Virus record (IMG/VR): IMGVR_UViG_3300012663_001306
Coordinates: 50,409-114,408 of that record
DNA length: 64,000 bases
Strand: one strand, 5' to 3'
DNA from: a virus
The position numbers and the translations under genes were made by a program. The notes beneath the pieces are model-generated. The model was not told the DNA's origin. It did no database searches and saw nothing but the letters and a program-made list of their open reading frames with translations. Positions within the stretch are counted from its first letter, which is position 1. Every line of letters starts with the position of its first letter. Below are positions 31,555 through 39,659 of this stretch, in pieces.

Positions 31555-31555
31555 G

Positions 31556-31584
31556 TTGCATATTTGGTGTTTACATGTTATAAT
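31556..31584 (+). promoter_or_regulatory. Sigma70-type promoter upstream of the HNH gene
   Basis: TTGCAT-17 nt-TATAAT with extended -10 TG. A TAAATA box (31605-31610) also precedes the ATG. Confidence 0.55.
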
Positions 31585-31617
31585 TTATGAATGTAAAACC
31601 TCAATAAATAGAGTATC

Positions 31618-32139
31618 ATGGGATCAACATTAGTATTAAACACAGACGGAACACCGGTTTCTATGCTACCTTTGAGCGTAGTTCCTTGGGAAGAAGCTAT
31701 CAAATATATGGTTTTGGACAAGGCACACGTTCTAGAATGGCACGATCATTGGATTGTTCACAGCGCAAATTGGCAAACTCCGGTTCCTGCCGTTATCATG
31801 TTACGCGAGTACATGAAAAAGAAAACAGGCATTCGTTTCAGCAAGGCCAATGTGTTTCTTCGTGACGGTTATGTTTGCCAATATTGTGGAGATCAAACTA
31901 GTCGTAAAACAGCTACTTTAGATCACGTTGTTCCAACATCACACGGAGGTAAGACAACCTTTGAAAACACTGTTTGCGCCTGCGCTGATTGTAATGCTCG
32001 CAAAGGTAACAACAAGAAGATTGTTCCAAAGAAAATGCCTGTGAAGCCTACTTACTACCAATTGGTAGAAAAACGTAAGCACATGGAATTTGATCTACGC
32101 CATCCAAGTTGGGCGGCATATTTAGGTGTTGATACCTAA
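31618..32139 (+). CDS. HNH endonuclease (McrA-like family, 173 aa)
   Basis: TLVLN...P.S...W..A N-terminus and NVFLRDGYVCQYCG...TLDHVVP...GGKTTFENTVCACADCNARKGN. Confidence 0.9.
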   Translation: MGSTLVLNTDGTPVSMLPLSVVPWEEAIKYMVLDKAHVLEWHDHWIVHSANWQTPVPAVIMLREYMKKKTGIRFSKANVFLRDGYVCQYCGDQTSRKTATLDHVVPTSHGGKTTFENTVCACADCNARKGNNKKIVPKKMPVKPTYYQLVEKRKHMEFDLRHPSWAAYLGVDT

Positions 32140-32141
32140 AC

Positions 32142-32167
32142 AAAAAGGGCTCTAAGAGCCCTTTTTT
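32142..32167. terminator. Bidirectional intrinsic terminator between the convergent HNH and infA genes
   Basis: AAAAAGGGCTC-TAA-GAGCCCTTTTTT hairpin with T-tracts on both strands. Confidence 0.85.
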
Positions 32168-32173
32168 ATTGCT

Positions 32174-32392
32174 TCACCGTTCTCTGTAAATTACACGACC
32201 TTTGGTTAGATCGTATGGACTCATTTCTATTTTAACACGATCCCCTTGCAGGATCTGAATCCTATTTTGGCGCATACGCCCTGAAATTATTGCTGTAATT
32301 GTATGAGTATCTGTGATGCGTACTCTGAACATTGCATTAGGTAATACTTCCTCTACTTTACCTTCTAGCTGAATTAAATCTTCTTTGGCCAC
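32174..32392 (-). CDS. infA: Translation initiation factor IF-1 (72 aa, GTG start)
   Basis: [24 protein letters not shown]...[35 protein letters not shown] is a full-length canonical IF-1. Confidence 0.95.
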   Translation of the reverse strand: MAKEDLIQLEGKVEEVLPNAMFRVRITDTHTITAIISGRMRQNRIQILQGDRVKIEMSPYDLTKGRVIYRER

Positions 32393-32394
32393 GA

Positions 32395-32637
32395 TTAAAC
32401 TGTTTCCCCTTTTAGTCCCTTAAGGATTAATGCTTTTGCTCTTGTATTTAGAGCTGCCTCTTCGGCTTCTTTAAGTTTCCACCCTATTAAATTCATATAT
32501 TCTACAAGTGCCACTTTACCGTCGTCTGTCCAATGACTATAGCCCTGTCCAATAGAGCTATGATAATAATATTTGCGGTCCTGCATTAATTCACAGATCC
32601 CTCCAAACATTAAATCCTTGACTGCTTGTTTATCCAT
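32395..32637 (-). CDS. Hypothetical protein (80 aa)
   Basis: Likely start MDKQAVKDL at 32637, directly after the ligase stop. The longer track ORF (to 32862) overlaps the ligase. Confidence 0.6.
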   Translation of the reverse strand: MDKQAVKDLMFGGICELMQDRKYYYHSSIGQGYSHWTDDGKVALVEYMNLIGWKLKEAEEAALNTRAKALILKGLKGETV

Positions 32638-32638
32638 T

Positions 32639-33943
32639 TTAGAGCTTTTCACCTGCAACAAAGCCTCGGAATTGAAGGAATCGCGGAAATCGTAGTGACC
32701 AAACGTCTTCACTATCTTGACTCCGAGTCGCCGCATCAGCCCGGACTTCAACGATTTGACCTTCGAGTGATTCTTTATCATTCCAATATTCAGTACGTTG
32801 GTCGTCAGTAAAACCCGATCCAACATTGACGCGAATAAATTTACCATCATCATTGCCTTCACAAATTAATGCGCCTAATCTTCCTTCGTTTTTTCCGGTA
32901 CCTTCTTCAACGGCTACTACAGCCAGACTAACTTCGATAAATGGCTTCATCTTAAGCCAGCTAACACTACGCTTACATTCGTATTTTGCGTCAAGGTCTT
33001 TGATCATAATACCTTCATAGCCATCGGCAATTGCTTGTTTATTGTATTCTTTGAATTGAAGTTCACCTACATAAGAATCTAGATCTACTTCAATTTGAGG
33101 AATAATGCCAATGCCTCCAATCTTTTCAAAGATTGCTTTCATGCCTTGTAGCATATTGCTACGGCGTTTCTGTCCCATTACACTTTTACCAGCTTTGAAC
33201 TCGCTCAATGGAATAATGTCAAACACCATAAGAACTGCATCGTCACTTTTTACATCAGATTTACGATGTACCTGTTTCATTAATGCTTGGAAACTTGTAC
33301 TAATCATTTCACCGTCAAGAATAACACTACGTCCAATTAGGTCAATGTTATCTTCAATTGCTTTTGTAATATGACTGAAGTTTTCCAGTACTTTGCCGTT
33401 GCGAGTGTATTGTGTAACCGTGCGATTGTCCATATTAACAAAGGTTAGTACACGAACTCCGTCAAGTTTAGGTTCAAGGAGTTTCTTACCTGTAATTTTC
33501 TTTTCGTGGTTAGCACCGTCATGTGCTAGCATACATTCGAATACTGGGACAGCATTCTTTTTAATTTTGTTTACAGTCTTTTCACTCACACCGCATCGCA
33601 GGTCCTTGATAAGAATACGGCGGTACCAGTCGTTCCATTCGGACTGTGTGCTGGCGCTTAGGGCAAGTTCAATTGCATCTCGTGCATCATGCCCAGTGAG
33701 TTGTCTGGTGTATAACAAATGACACAGTTCTTTGAACGCTTCCCAAGGCAGTCCTTGTCCGTCCGGACCGCCATGTGTAGGAACTTTTTTCACACCAAAA
33801 GTATAAAGGTTGTCAAGGGCCATACGCATACCCTCAAACAATTCCGTATTTTCCATATCGGCTTCTGATTTCAGAATGCCTTCTTTATTCAAACGGCTAG
33901 GATGATCTTCTAGGATGCGGATAATTGCGGCGCAGTTACTCAT
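32639..33943 (-). CDS. ATP-dependent DNA ligase (T4 gp30-like, 434 aa)
   Basis: Motif I EPKLDGVR, ILDGE, EGIMIKD, WLKMKP, and OB-fold VGSGF...SLRFPRF. Confidence 0.95.
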   Translation of the reverse strand: MSNCAAIIRILEDHPSRLNKEGILKSEADMENTELFEGMRMALDNLYTFGVKKVPTHGGPDGQGLPWEAFKELCHLLYTRQLTGHDARDAIELALSASTQSEWNDWYRRILIKDLRCGVSEKTVNKIKKNAVPVFECMLAHDGANHEKKITGKKLLEPKLDGVRVLTFVNMDNRTVTQYTRNGKVLENFSHITKAIEDNIDLIGRSVILDGEMISTSFQALMKQVHRKSDVKSDDAVLMVFDIIPLSEFKAGKSVMGQKRRSNMLQGMKAIFEKIGGIGIIPQIEVDLDSYVGELQFKEYNKQAIADGYEGIMIKDLDAKYECKRSVSWLKMKPFIEVSLAVVAVEEGTGKNEGRLGALICEGNDDGKFIRVNVGSGFTDDQRTEYWNDKESLEGQIVEVRADAATRSQDSEDVWSLRFPRFLQFRGFVAGEKL

Positions 33944-33974
33944 ATTAATCTAACTTATTTGTTACGATAACACT

Positions 33975-34003
33975 ATTATACAATATTTTGGATCAAGTGT
34001 CAA
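33975..34003 (-). promoter_or_regulatory. Consensus sigma70 (early-type) promoter for the ligase-hypothetical-infA unit
   Basis: Minus strand TTGACA (34003-33998)-17 nt-TATAAT (33980-33975), a perfect consensus. Confidence 0.85.
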
Positions 34004-34745
34004 GGCCGATTTTACCATTCTTCTTAAAGAATTTTTCTAAAATTATGCCCAAAACATCATATTTGTGGAACCGCGCATCACCGGGACGATCGTGGTGATT
34101 CTTATGCCATGCTTCGCCCCCAACAAATAAGTTAACCCAGACTCTATTACTTGGAATGTCTTTGGCCCAATCATGTGTCCATGTGTTAATAAATCCTTCA
34201 AAGTGAAATACTATAGCAATTGGTGCCCAAAATAATGCAAGTGCTAAATTAAAAGGCAATAGGAATAGTGAGCCTACAAGGATAGGAACATATATCCAAT
34301 AGTAGTACTTGTGCCATACTGCATGATGTGTCTTAAACAGGGTTGCAACAGATCTTGGATCAATTTTACTAAATCCATATCCAAAAATTTGTACATACCA
34401 TACACCCATAATTTTAGGGCTATGTGGGTCTTTATCGTTACCTTGGAATCTATGATGCTGTCTGTGTACTGCCGCCCAACTCAATGCACTTCCTTGCATA
34501 CTAAGGCCGGCAACAAACAATCCTATAAATTCTAACCAACGAGGTAGTTGTACTGCATTGTGACTAATTGACCTATGATAAGTCATGCTTATTCCGATTA
34601 TTGCAATTATATAATGCATTGCTAATGATAACAATAATAATTGCCATTGTAATGTTATTATTAGATATGCTAGAGCAATGTGTCCTAGTGCTACCCACAT
34701 ATAGCCGTATACTCTACCGGCTGTTAATTCTTGAAATTGTTTCAT
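33993..34745 (-). CDS. Membrane fatty-acid (Delta-9-like acyl-lipid) desaturase (250 aa)
   Basis: Three His boxes HRSISH, HRQHH, HKNHH; DPHSP motif; transmembrane segments. Confidence 0.9.
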   Translation of the reverse strand: MKQFQELTAGRVYGYMWVALGHIALAYLIITLQWQLLLLSLAMHYIIAIIGISMTYHRSISHNAVQLPRWLEFIGLFVAGLSMQGSALSWAAVHRQHHRFQGNDKDPHSPKIMGVWYVQIFGYGFSKIDPRSVATLFKTHHAVWHKYYYWIYVPILVGSLFLLPFNLALALFWAPIAIVFHFEGFINTWTHDWAKDIPSNRVWVNLFVGGEAWHKNHHDRPGDARFHKYDVLGIILEKFFKKNGKIGLDT

Positions 34746-35491
34746 TTTTTAATCAGTCGAATAATTAACGCAGGAATATCCCATTCCCACCACTTCTCCC
34801 AATTGCTCCATGCATAAGGTTTAGCATGGTGATTGTTGTGCCAGCCTTCGCCCAAAGTAATTAAATTTGCAATCCAACTATTACGACTTTCGTCATGTTT
34901 CAGATCGTAAGTTTTATAGCCATGTCGATGAGCTATAACAATAATAGAACTACTACTGTGCAAGCACAAAGATGCAGGTAGTGCATATACAAAAATAACA
35001 AACCAAGGATTAATTAATGCTAGGAGCAAACAATACATTACAATGATAGCAAGATAGTTTTTATGCAACCAGCGTTGGAATGCATTTCTTCTAAAATCTC
35101 GAATAAGTTTGACTTCTAATTTTGTAGTATTCCAAAAGCCAAACCATGCTTTTAAGTTTCCTAACAAATAAGGGCTATGCGGATCACCATCCCGTTCACA
35201 TGCTCGATGGTGTTGTCTATGAATTGTAACCCAGGCTAGCGGGCTTCCTACTGTTGTAATAACTCCAATTAAACTTAGTATTTTTTCTAATATTGTAGAT
35301 GTCTTAAAACTTCTATGACTTAGTAGTCTGTGATATCCTATGTTAATTCCAAGTACTCCAATAATCCAATATGTTATAAGAGATATTAACAATAGATAGT
35401 ACTGGCCAGTCATAAAAACCATAGCTATGCCCACTATAGATATAATATGATTCAAGATTTGGAGGCCGCGCACCGTTTGATTATGTGTCAT
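34742..35491 (-). CDS. Second membrane fatty-acid (Delta-9-like) desaturase (~249 aa)
   Basis: GYHRLLSHRSF, HRQHH, DPHSP, GEGWHNNHHA, WWEWD. Start re-assigned to ATG 35491 (TAAGTA box 5 nt upstream; avoids overlap with the divergent gene). ATGA overlap with the next desaturase. Confidence 0.9.
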   Translation of the reverse strand: MTHNQTVRGLQILNHIISIVGIAMVFMTGQYYLLLISLITYWIIGVLGINIGYHRLLSHRSFKTSTILEKILSLIGVITTVGSPLAWVTIHRQHHRACERDGDPHSPYLLGNLKAWFGFWNTTKLEVKLIRDFRRNAFQRWLHKNYLAIIVMYCLLLALINPWFVIFVYALPASLCLHSSSSIIVIAHRHGYKTYDLKHDESRNSWIANLITLGEGWHNNHHAKPYAWSNWEKWWEWDIPALIIRLIKK

Positions 35492-35536
35492 ATCCATACT
35501 TATCCGTATAGTAAATAGGTGTCCATAAATATTGGT

Positions 35537-36067
35537 ATGATCAACCAGAAAGAGTTTATTGAAAATTTTATCAAACATAAAGATACAGTTATCAACGAAT
35601 ACATTGCGTGTCCTAGAAAAAGTATTCCATTATACGGGTTTGATGGATCCGGTAAACCGTTAACAGAATGGCGTACTGTAACACTTTGGTGGGATAAAGA
35701 ACCTTGGCGTATTTTTCAAAAGTATTTTCCCTTCACTACTGACCTAGTTAGAACTGGTCCCACTCACCAAGGAACTGGGTGGCTTATTTTAGAGCCCAAC
35801 TCTCGCACACCCGAACATAATCATATAAGTTGGGGACATAAGATCATTGTTCATTTACCTACAGAAATTCCAGAAGGCGATACAGGATTTTGGGTAGAAG
35901 GCAAAGTTCATAGGTGGAAAATGGGGGAGTTATTTGCATTTGATGCAAATAAAGCTCATTACGGGTTTAATAATACAGGCAACCCGCGTTCTATTTTTGT
36001 AATGGAATTTGACTACAACGAATGGATTGATACCCTGCGCCCGTATATGCTATTAGACAGAGAATGA
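35537..36067 (+). CDS. Aspartyl/asparaginyl beta-hydroxylase-like Fe(II)/2OG oxygenase (~176 aa)
   Basis: [12 protein letters not shown]...VHLP...[19 protein letters not shown]...R fits the Asp_Arg_Hydrox pattern. Start at ATG 35537, 5 nt after TAAATA (35526-35531). Confidence 0.75.
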   Translation: MINQKEFIENFIKHKDTVINEYIACPRKSIPLYGFDGSGKPLTEWRTVTLWWDKEPWRIFQKYFPFTTDLVRTGPTHQGTGWLILEPNSRTPEHNHISWGHKIIVHLPTEIPEGDTGFWVEGKVHRWKMGELFAFDANKAHYGFNNTGNPRSIFVMEFDYNEWIDTLRPYMLLDRE

Positions 36068-36382
36068 ACTACCGCATCCGCAGGTTGTTTCGGCATTAGG
36101 ATTTGTAATACTAAAATTACTACCCATTAAGTCTTCTTTGTAATCAATAATTGAGCCTTGCAGGTATTGAATACTCATACTATCTATTAAAAATCTTACA
36201 CTGTTTTTTTCAATCATAAAGTCATCTTCATTCTGGATTTCGTCAAATGTAAATCCGTATTGAAATCCACTGCATCCGCCGCCTTGAACAAATACACGTA
36301 GCATTAGCAACGGGTTTGCCTCATCAATAATTAAATCTTTAACTTTATCAGCACACTTATCTGTAATTTCAAGTTGTTGCAT
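36053..36382 (-). CDS. erpA: A-type Fe-S carrier, ErpA-like (109 aa)
   Basis: [20 protein letters not shown]...[16 protein letters not shown]. Confidence 0.9.
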   Translation of the reverse strand: MQQLEITDKCADKVKDLIIDEANPLLMLRVFVQGGGCSGFQYGFTFDEIQNEDDFMIEKNSVRFLIDSMSIQYLQGSIIDYKEDLMGSNFSITNPNAETTCGCGSSFSV

Positions 36383-36752
36383 GTTTTTTCCTATAATCTT
36401 CTACTGCGGCTTTGATTGCGTCTTCTGCTAAAATACTGCAATGTATTTTAACTGGAGGTAATGCTAGTTCTTCTGCGATTTGGGAATTTTTAAGGTTAAC
36501 AGCATCATTAATATGCATACCCTTAACCCACTCTGTAACCAACGACGAACTGGCGATTGCTGAACCACAGCCATATGTCTTGAAACGAGCATCTCTAATA
36601 ATACCATCTTCGTCTACCTTTATTTGTAATTTCATTACATCGCCACACGCAGGAGCGCCGACCATGCCGGTTCCAACTGTATCGTCAATTTCAAACTTAC
36701 CTACATTTCTTGGGTTTTCGTAATGATCAATAACTTTATCTGAATATGCCAT
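36369..36752 (-). CDS. iscU: Fe-S cluster scaffold IscU (127 aa)
   Basis: [53 protein letters not shown]. Confidence 0.95.
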   Translation of the reverse strand: MAYSDKVIDHYENPRNVGKFEIDDTVGTGMVGAPACGDVMKLQIKVDEDGIIRDARFKTYGCGSAIASSSLVTEWVKGMHINDAVNLKNSQIAEELALPPVKIHCSILAEDAIKAAVEDYRKKHATT

Positions 36753-36783
36753 TGGGGGTTCCTATGAGTAATTAGTGCCAACA

Positions 36784-36805
36784 TGCTATTTACACGTAAA
36801 TAGCA
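36784..36805. promoter_or_regulatory. Perfect 10-bp inverted repeat made of two back-to-back TAAATA boxes between divergent iscU and iscA
   Basis: TGCTATTTAC-AC-GTAAATAGCA. Confidence 0.7.
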
Positions 36806-36807
36806 GT

Positions 36808-37134
36808 ATGATAACTATTACCGAAACCGCTAGAAACAAAATACTTAAATTGCTGGCAAAAAGAGGAAAAGGAGTAGGAATCCGTCTGGGTGTAAAAACT
36901 ACAGGATGCAGTGGGCTGGCATATACTTTAGAATATGTAGATGAATACACTATAGAAAACGGTATTACTAATTATGCACAACAGGATTTTGTAGTTTTAG
37001 TAGATGCAAAGTCTGATGCTTACTTAAAAGGCATGACAGTTGATTGGGCAAGAAACGGTCTTAATGAAGGATTTGAATTTAAGAATCCCAATGAGAGAGA
37101 TAAGTGCGGGTGTGGAGAATCTTTTAGAGTTTAA
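36808..37134 (+). CDS. iscA: A-type Fe-S carrier IscA (108 aa)
   Basis: MITITE...RGKGVGIRLGVKTTGCSGLAYTLEYVD...GLNEGFEFKNPNERDKCGCGESFRV. ATG 36808 lies 5 nt after TAAATA. Confidence 0.92.
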   Translation: MITITETARNKILKLLAKRGKGVGIRLGVKTTGCSGLAYTLEYVDEYTIENGITNYAQQDFVVLVDAKSDAYLKGMTVDWARNGLNEGFEFKNPNERDKCGCGESFRV

Positions 37135-37601
37135 TCAAATTCTTCTAAAGAAAATGTAATACTTGCCCGTGGACTATCCGGTATAGCACAATGTAATAAT
37201 CCTGGAAGGATATATAACATTTGATTTTCTTGTAATACAAATTTAGAATCTTCAACTTGCCATAACGTATCGCCTATTATTTGCCATACCCATAAATGTT
37301 GTCCAGGATCTTTATGTAAATCAAATGTTTTACTAGTTGGTGTTGTTCCTGCATATAGTCCTGCTCTAGCATAATAATTTGGTAACAATGGTTGTAGAAA
37401 ATCCAGTACATCTTTACAATACGGATCTTGATCTAATCCACCTAACGTAAATCCACCTTCTCCAAAATTTCTATAATACAGTTTGTTTATGCTTGTTTGA
37501 TGTTTGACCAAAGAATGTATTTTATCCCATGTCCATTTGTTAGAATCTAACGTGTGGTCTACAACTCCCCAACGGACATTGAAAGATGTAGTATCAATCA
37601 T
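37131..37601 (-). CDS. JmjC/cupin-type Fe(II)/2OG oxygenase-like protein (156 aa)
   Basis: FDLHKD (HxD)...WQIIGDTLWQV...LYILPGLLHCA...RASITF. ATGA overlap with the upstream gene. Confidence 0.75.
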   Translation of the reverse strand: MIDTTSFNVRWGVVDHTLDSNKWTWDKIHSLVKHQTSINKLYYRNFGEGGFTLGGLDQDPYCKDVLDFLQPLLPNYYARAGLYAGTTPTSKTFDLHKDPGQHLWVWQIIGDTLWQVEDSKFVLQENQMLYILPGLLHCAIPDSPRASITFSLEEFD

Positions 37602-38350
37602 AACTCTTCTTCAACTCGATCCCAAAATAATATTCTAGCTTTAATAGCTTCAACAGCAGTCTGCTCTGCTTCTACTATTTTAGTAGGGCTGTAATCGCAC
37701 AGTTCGTTAATTAAGTTCAGTGCGGCCGGCCCATGTTCTTCTCCGTCAACTTCTATATGCCTATCTAAATAATATAAAAATCTGTTAGCGTTCAATGAAT
37801 TAATATCAAGCTGATTTACGAGTCTTCTAAACATTTGCGGAATAACAGTTTCTCGGCCGTAAGTAAAGGCGGCGGCAATTTCATGTGCTTTGCCGCGTCT
37901 AATGATAGTAAAGGTAGAATTCATAAATTCTTTGCTAGGTGCAGGAATATATATGTTATCTAATGCCCAATCTAATCCGTTAGTTTCTACTGAGCTTAGG
38001 AAATTGGTTATAGGTGCAACATTTGCTCCAATTTCTAACATAGCCTGGCAGTAAAGATCAAAATGGGATAAGTGATTACCGTTAAACGGATCAACATCAC
38101 TTTCTTCTGCTAAAATAATTTCGTTGATCAACCTACTGGATGTACGCTGTATCCTAGTAGGAATCCAAAGGTCACCGCTTGGGCATATTCTATGTTGTAG
38201 TGCTTTAGCAAGACTCATAAAATCCCATACAGCATACACATGATGTTCCATGAATATCCGTAGATCTTCAATTGATTGAATTGTGTTGGTTACCAGTAAA
38301 GAATGATTCTCTAACAGTACCCTATGTTGTTCAATTATTGACTGGCGCAT
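37598..38350 (-). CDS. DUF3050-like protein (heme-oxygenase-like helical fold, probable diiron enzyme), 250 aa
   Basis: FMEHHVYAVWDFMSL, RLINEIILAEESD, SHFDLY, AAFTYGRETVIP, YYLDRHIEVDGEEHGP. Confidence 0.8.
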   Translation of the reverse strand: MRQSIIEQHRVLLENHSLLVTNTIQSIEDLRIFMEHHVYAVWDFMSLAKALQHRICPSGDLWIPTRIQRTSSRLINEIILAEESDVDPFNGNHLSHFDLYCQAMLEIGANVAPITNFLSSVETNGLDWALDNIYIPAPSKEFMNSTFTIIRRGKAHEIAAAFTYGRETVIPQMFRRLVNQLDINSLNANRFLYYLDRHIEVDGEEHGPAALNLINELCDYSPTKIVEAEQTAVEAIKARILFWDRVEEEL

Positions 38351-39659
38351 TTATAGATTCTATCCCCATTTCTAGCAACTCTACTTCTTGTCCAAATAAT
38401 AATTCAAAGGCTTTGTGCTGTATGGCGCCGTTCCATACTTTTTCTACTCTACAGTTTTGTAGGAACACGTTATCTGGGAATGTTATAGGACAACTAGACT
38501 TGCACAGTCTACGTACACTACAATCAGAACAATGAGTTTTCTTTCTGTTAAGATCTAATTGTATAATGCGGATGCCTTTTAAGTTATCAATTTTACCTGC
38601 AATAAATTTTTCGCTTGTATGCGGACACAGTCTTACATTTCCTTGGACATCAACTGATAGCACATCTTCGGCATCTGCTCCACACCCTGTTGTCATTGTT
38701 ACAGGTACTTGATGTTTAAGTGTGGCAGCATAGTCAAGAACTCCGCCCTTGCCATCAAATATATTTGTTTCTAAGAACTCTCGATTTTTATTTCTTCCGT
38801 GAGTCTTTAGTTGTTTAATGCACTCGTCAATATAGCTATTCATTGTATGTTTGAAGTTTGCTAGGTCTTCTCCAGATATAACATGATCAGCACTATTTTG
38901 TGAATTAGTCTCGTCATAAATTCTAGCCATTGTATAACTTAATTTGACATTTTTAAGATTGAGTTTTTCTGCAACATCTCTAAAATATTTGTTAATGCCA
39001 AACATATCATAGTTGGTTAAACTTATAACAGTATTAAAGCTAAACTGTACATGAGGATACATGGTGTCTAATCGTTGCAATGTTTTAGCCACACTAGACT
39101 TATCAAATATGTCTTCGCCACGTAAAGATTCTTGTCCAGGACCGTCGTGGCTTATTCCCATAGTAATTTTTGATTCTAGCGTCTCAAAAAAGTCAGCATG
39201 TTTATCTCTTAGTGGACTACCATTAGTAGATATATAGAAATGACGTCCTGCTTTATCTAAGTGTTTCATAACTGGCATTATGTCATTCCAATATAGGAAC
39301 GGTTCTCCGCCCCAAAGCTCTATGCGTTCTAAGTTTTCAAGGTCAAGATAAGTATCGATTGATTTAATAAATGCATCCAGATTGGTGTTCTTTTTTTGCT
39401 CTTCTGGATTACCAATGTCTTTCTGCATACAGTAAGAGCAACTATAGTTACAGGCCTGCCCAAACAAAATACGAATAGCTGTTGGCTTATTACTTTTCTT
39501 TCTAGAGCCATGCACTTTGCTAGCTTCTTCATAGAAAGAAATATCTTTCTCCGGAGGAAGCGTTAATGGTTCGCCTAGTTCGTTGTATATGGCATTATTA
39601 TTAATTTCATAATAGATAATGCTGTTTGATTGTTTTAATCTAAATTTGGAATAGCTCAT
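38331..39659 (-). CDS. Radical SAM protein with SPASM-type C-terminus (442 aa)
   Basis: CNYSCSYC, WGGEP, STNG, SHDG; C-terminal CGAD...DVQGNVRLCPH...CSDCSVRRLCKSSCP...C. Confidence 0.92.
   Translation of the reverse strand: MSYSKFRLKQSNSIIYYEINNNAIYNELGEPLTLPPEKDISFYEEASKVHGSRKKSNKPTAIRILFGQACNYSCSYCMQKDIGNPEEQKKNTNLDAFIKSIDTYLDLENLERIELWGGEPFLYWNDIMPVMKHLDKAGRHFYISTNGSPLRDKHADFFETLESKITMGISHDGPGQESLRGEDIFDKSSVAKTLQRLDTMYPHVQFSFNTVISLTNYDMFGINKYFRDVAEKLNLKNVKLSYTMARIYDETNSQNSADHVISGEDLANFKHTMNSYIDECIKQLKTHGRNKNREFLETNIFDGKGGVLDYAATLKHQVPVTMTTGCGADAEDVLSVDVQGNVRLCPHTSEKFIAGKIDNLKGIRIIQLDLNRKKTHCSDCSVRRLCKSSCPITFPDNVFLQNCRVEKVWNGAIQHKAFELLFGQEVELLEMGIESINAPVNN

Noticed and set aside
31618-32139. 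HNH gene as an intron- or intein-borne homing element
   Set aside because: It is free-standing with its own promoter and terminator and interrupts no gene; no intron or intein signatures seen.
32638-32862. N-terminal extension of the 155-aa track ORF (similarly the extensions at 20266, 20658, 35519, 35578, 36775)
   Set aside because: They overlap neighbouring genes or promoter boxes; downstream ATGs fit the TAAATA spacing and family N-termini better.
33993-37134. Desaturase/isc block as contaminating bacterial chromosome
   Set aside because: The genes use the same TAAATA boxes and tight overlaps as flanking phage genes, and lack bacterial isc operon order. Read-level confirmation is still advisable.
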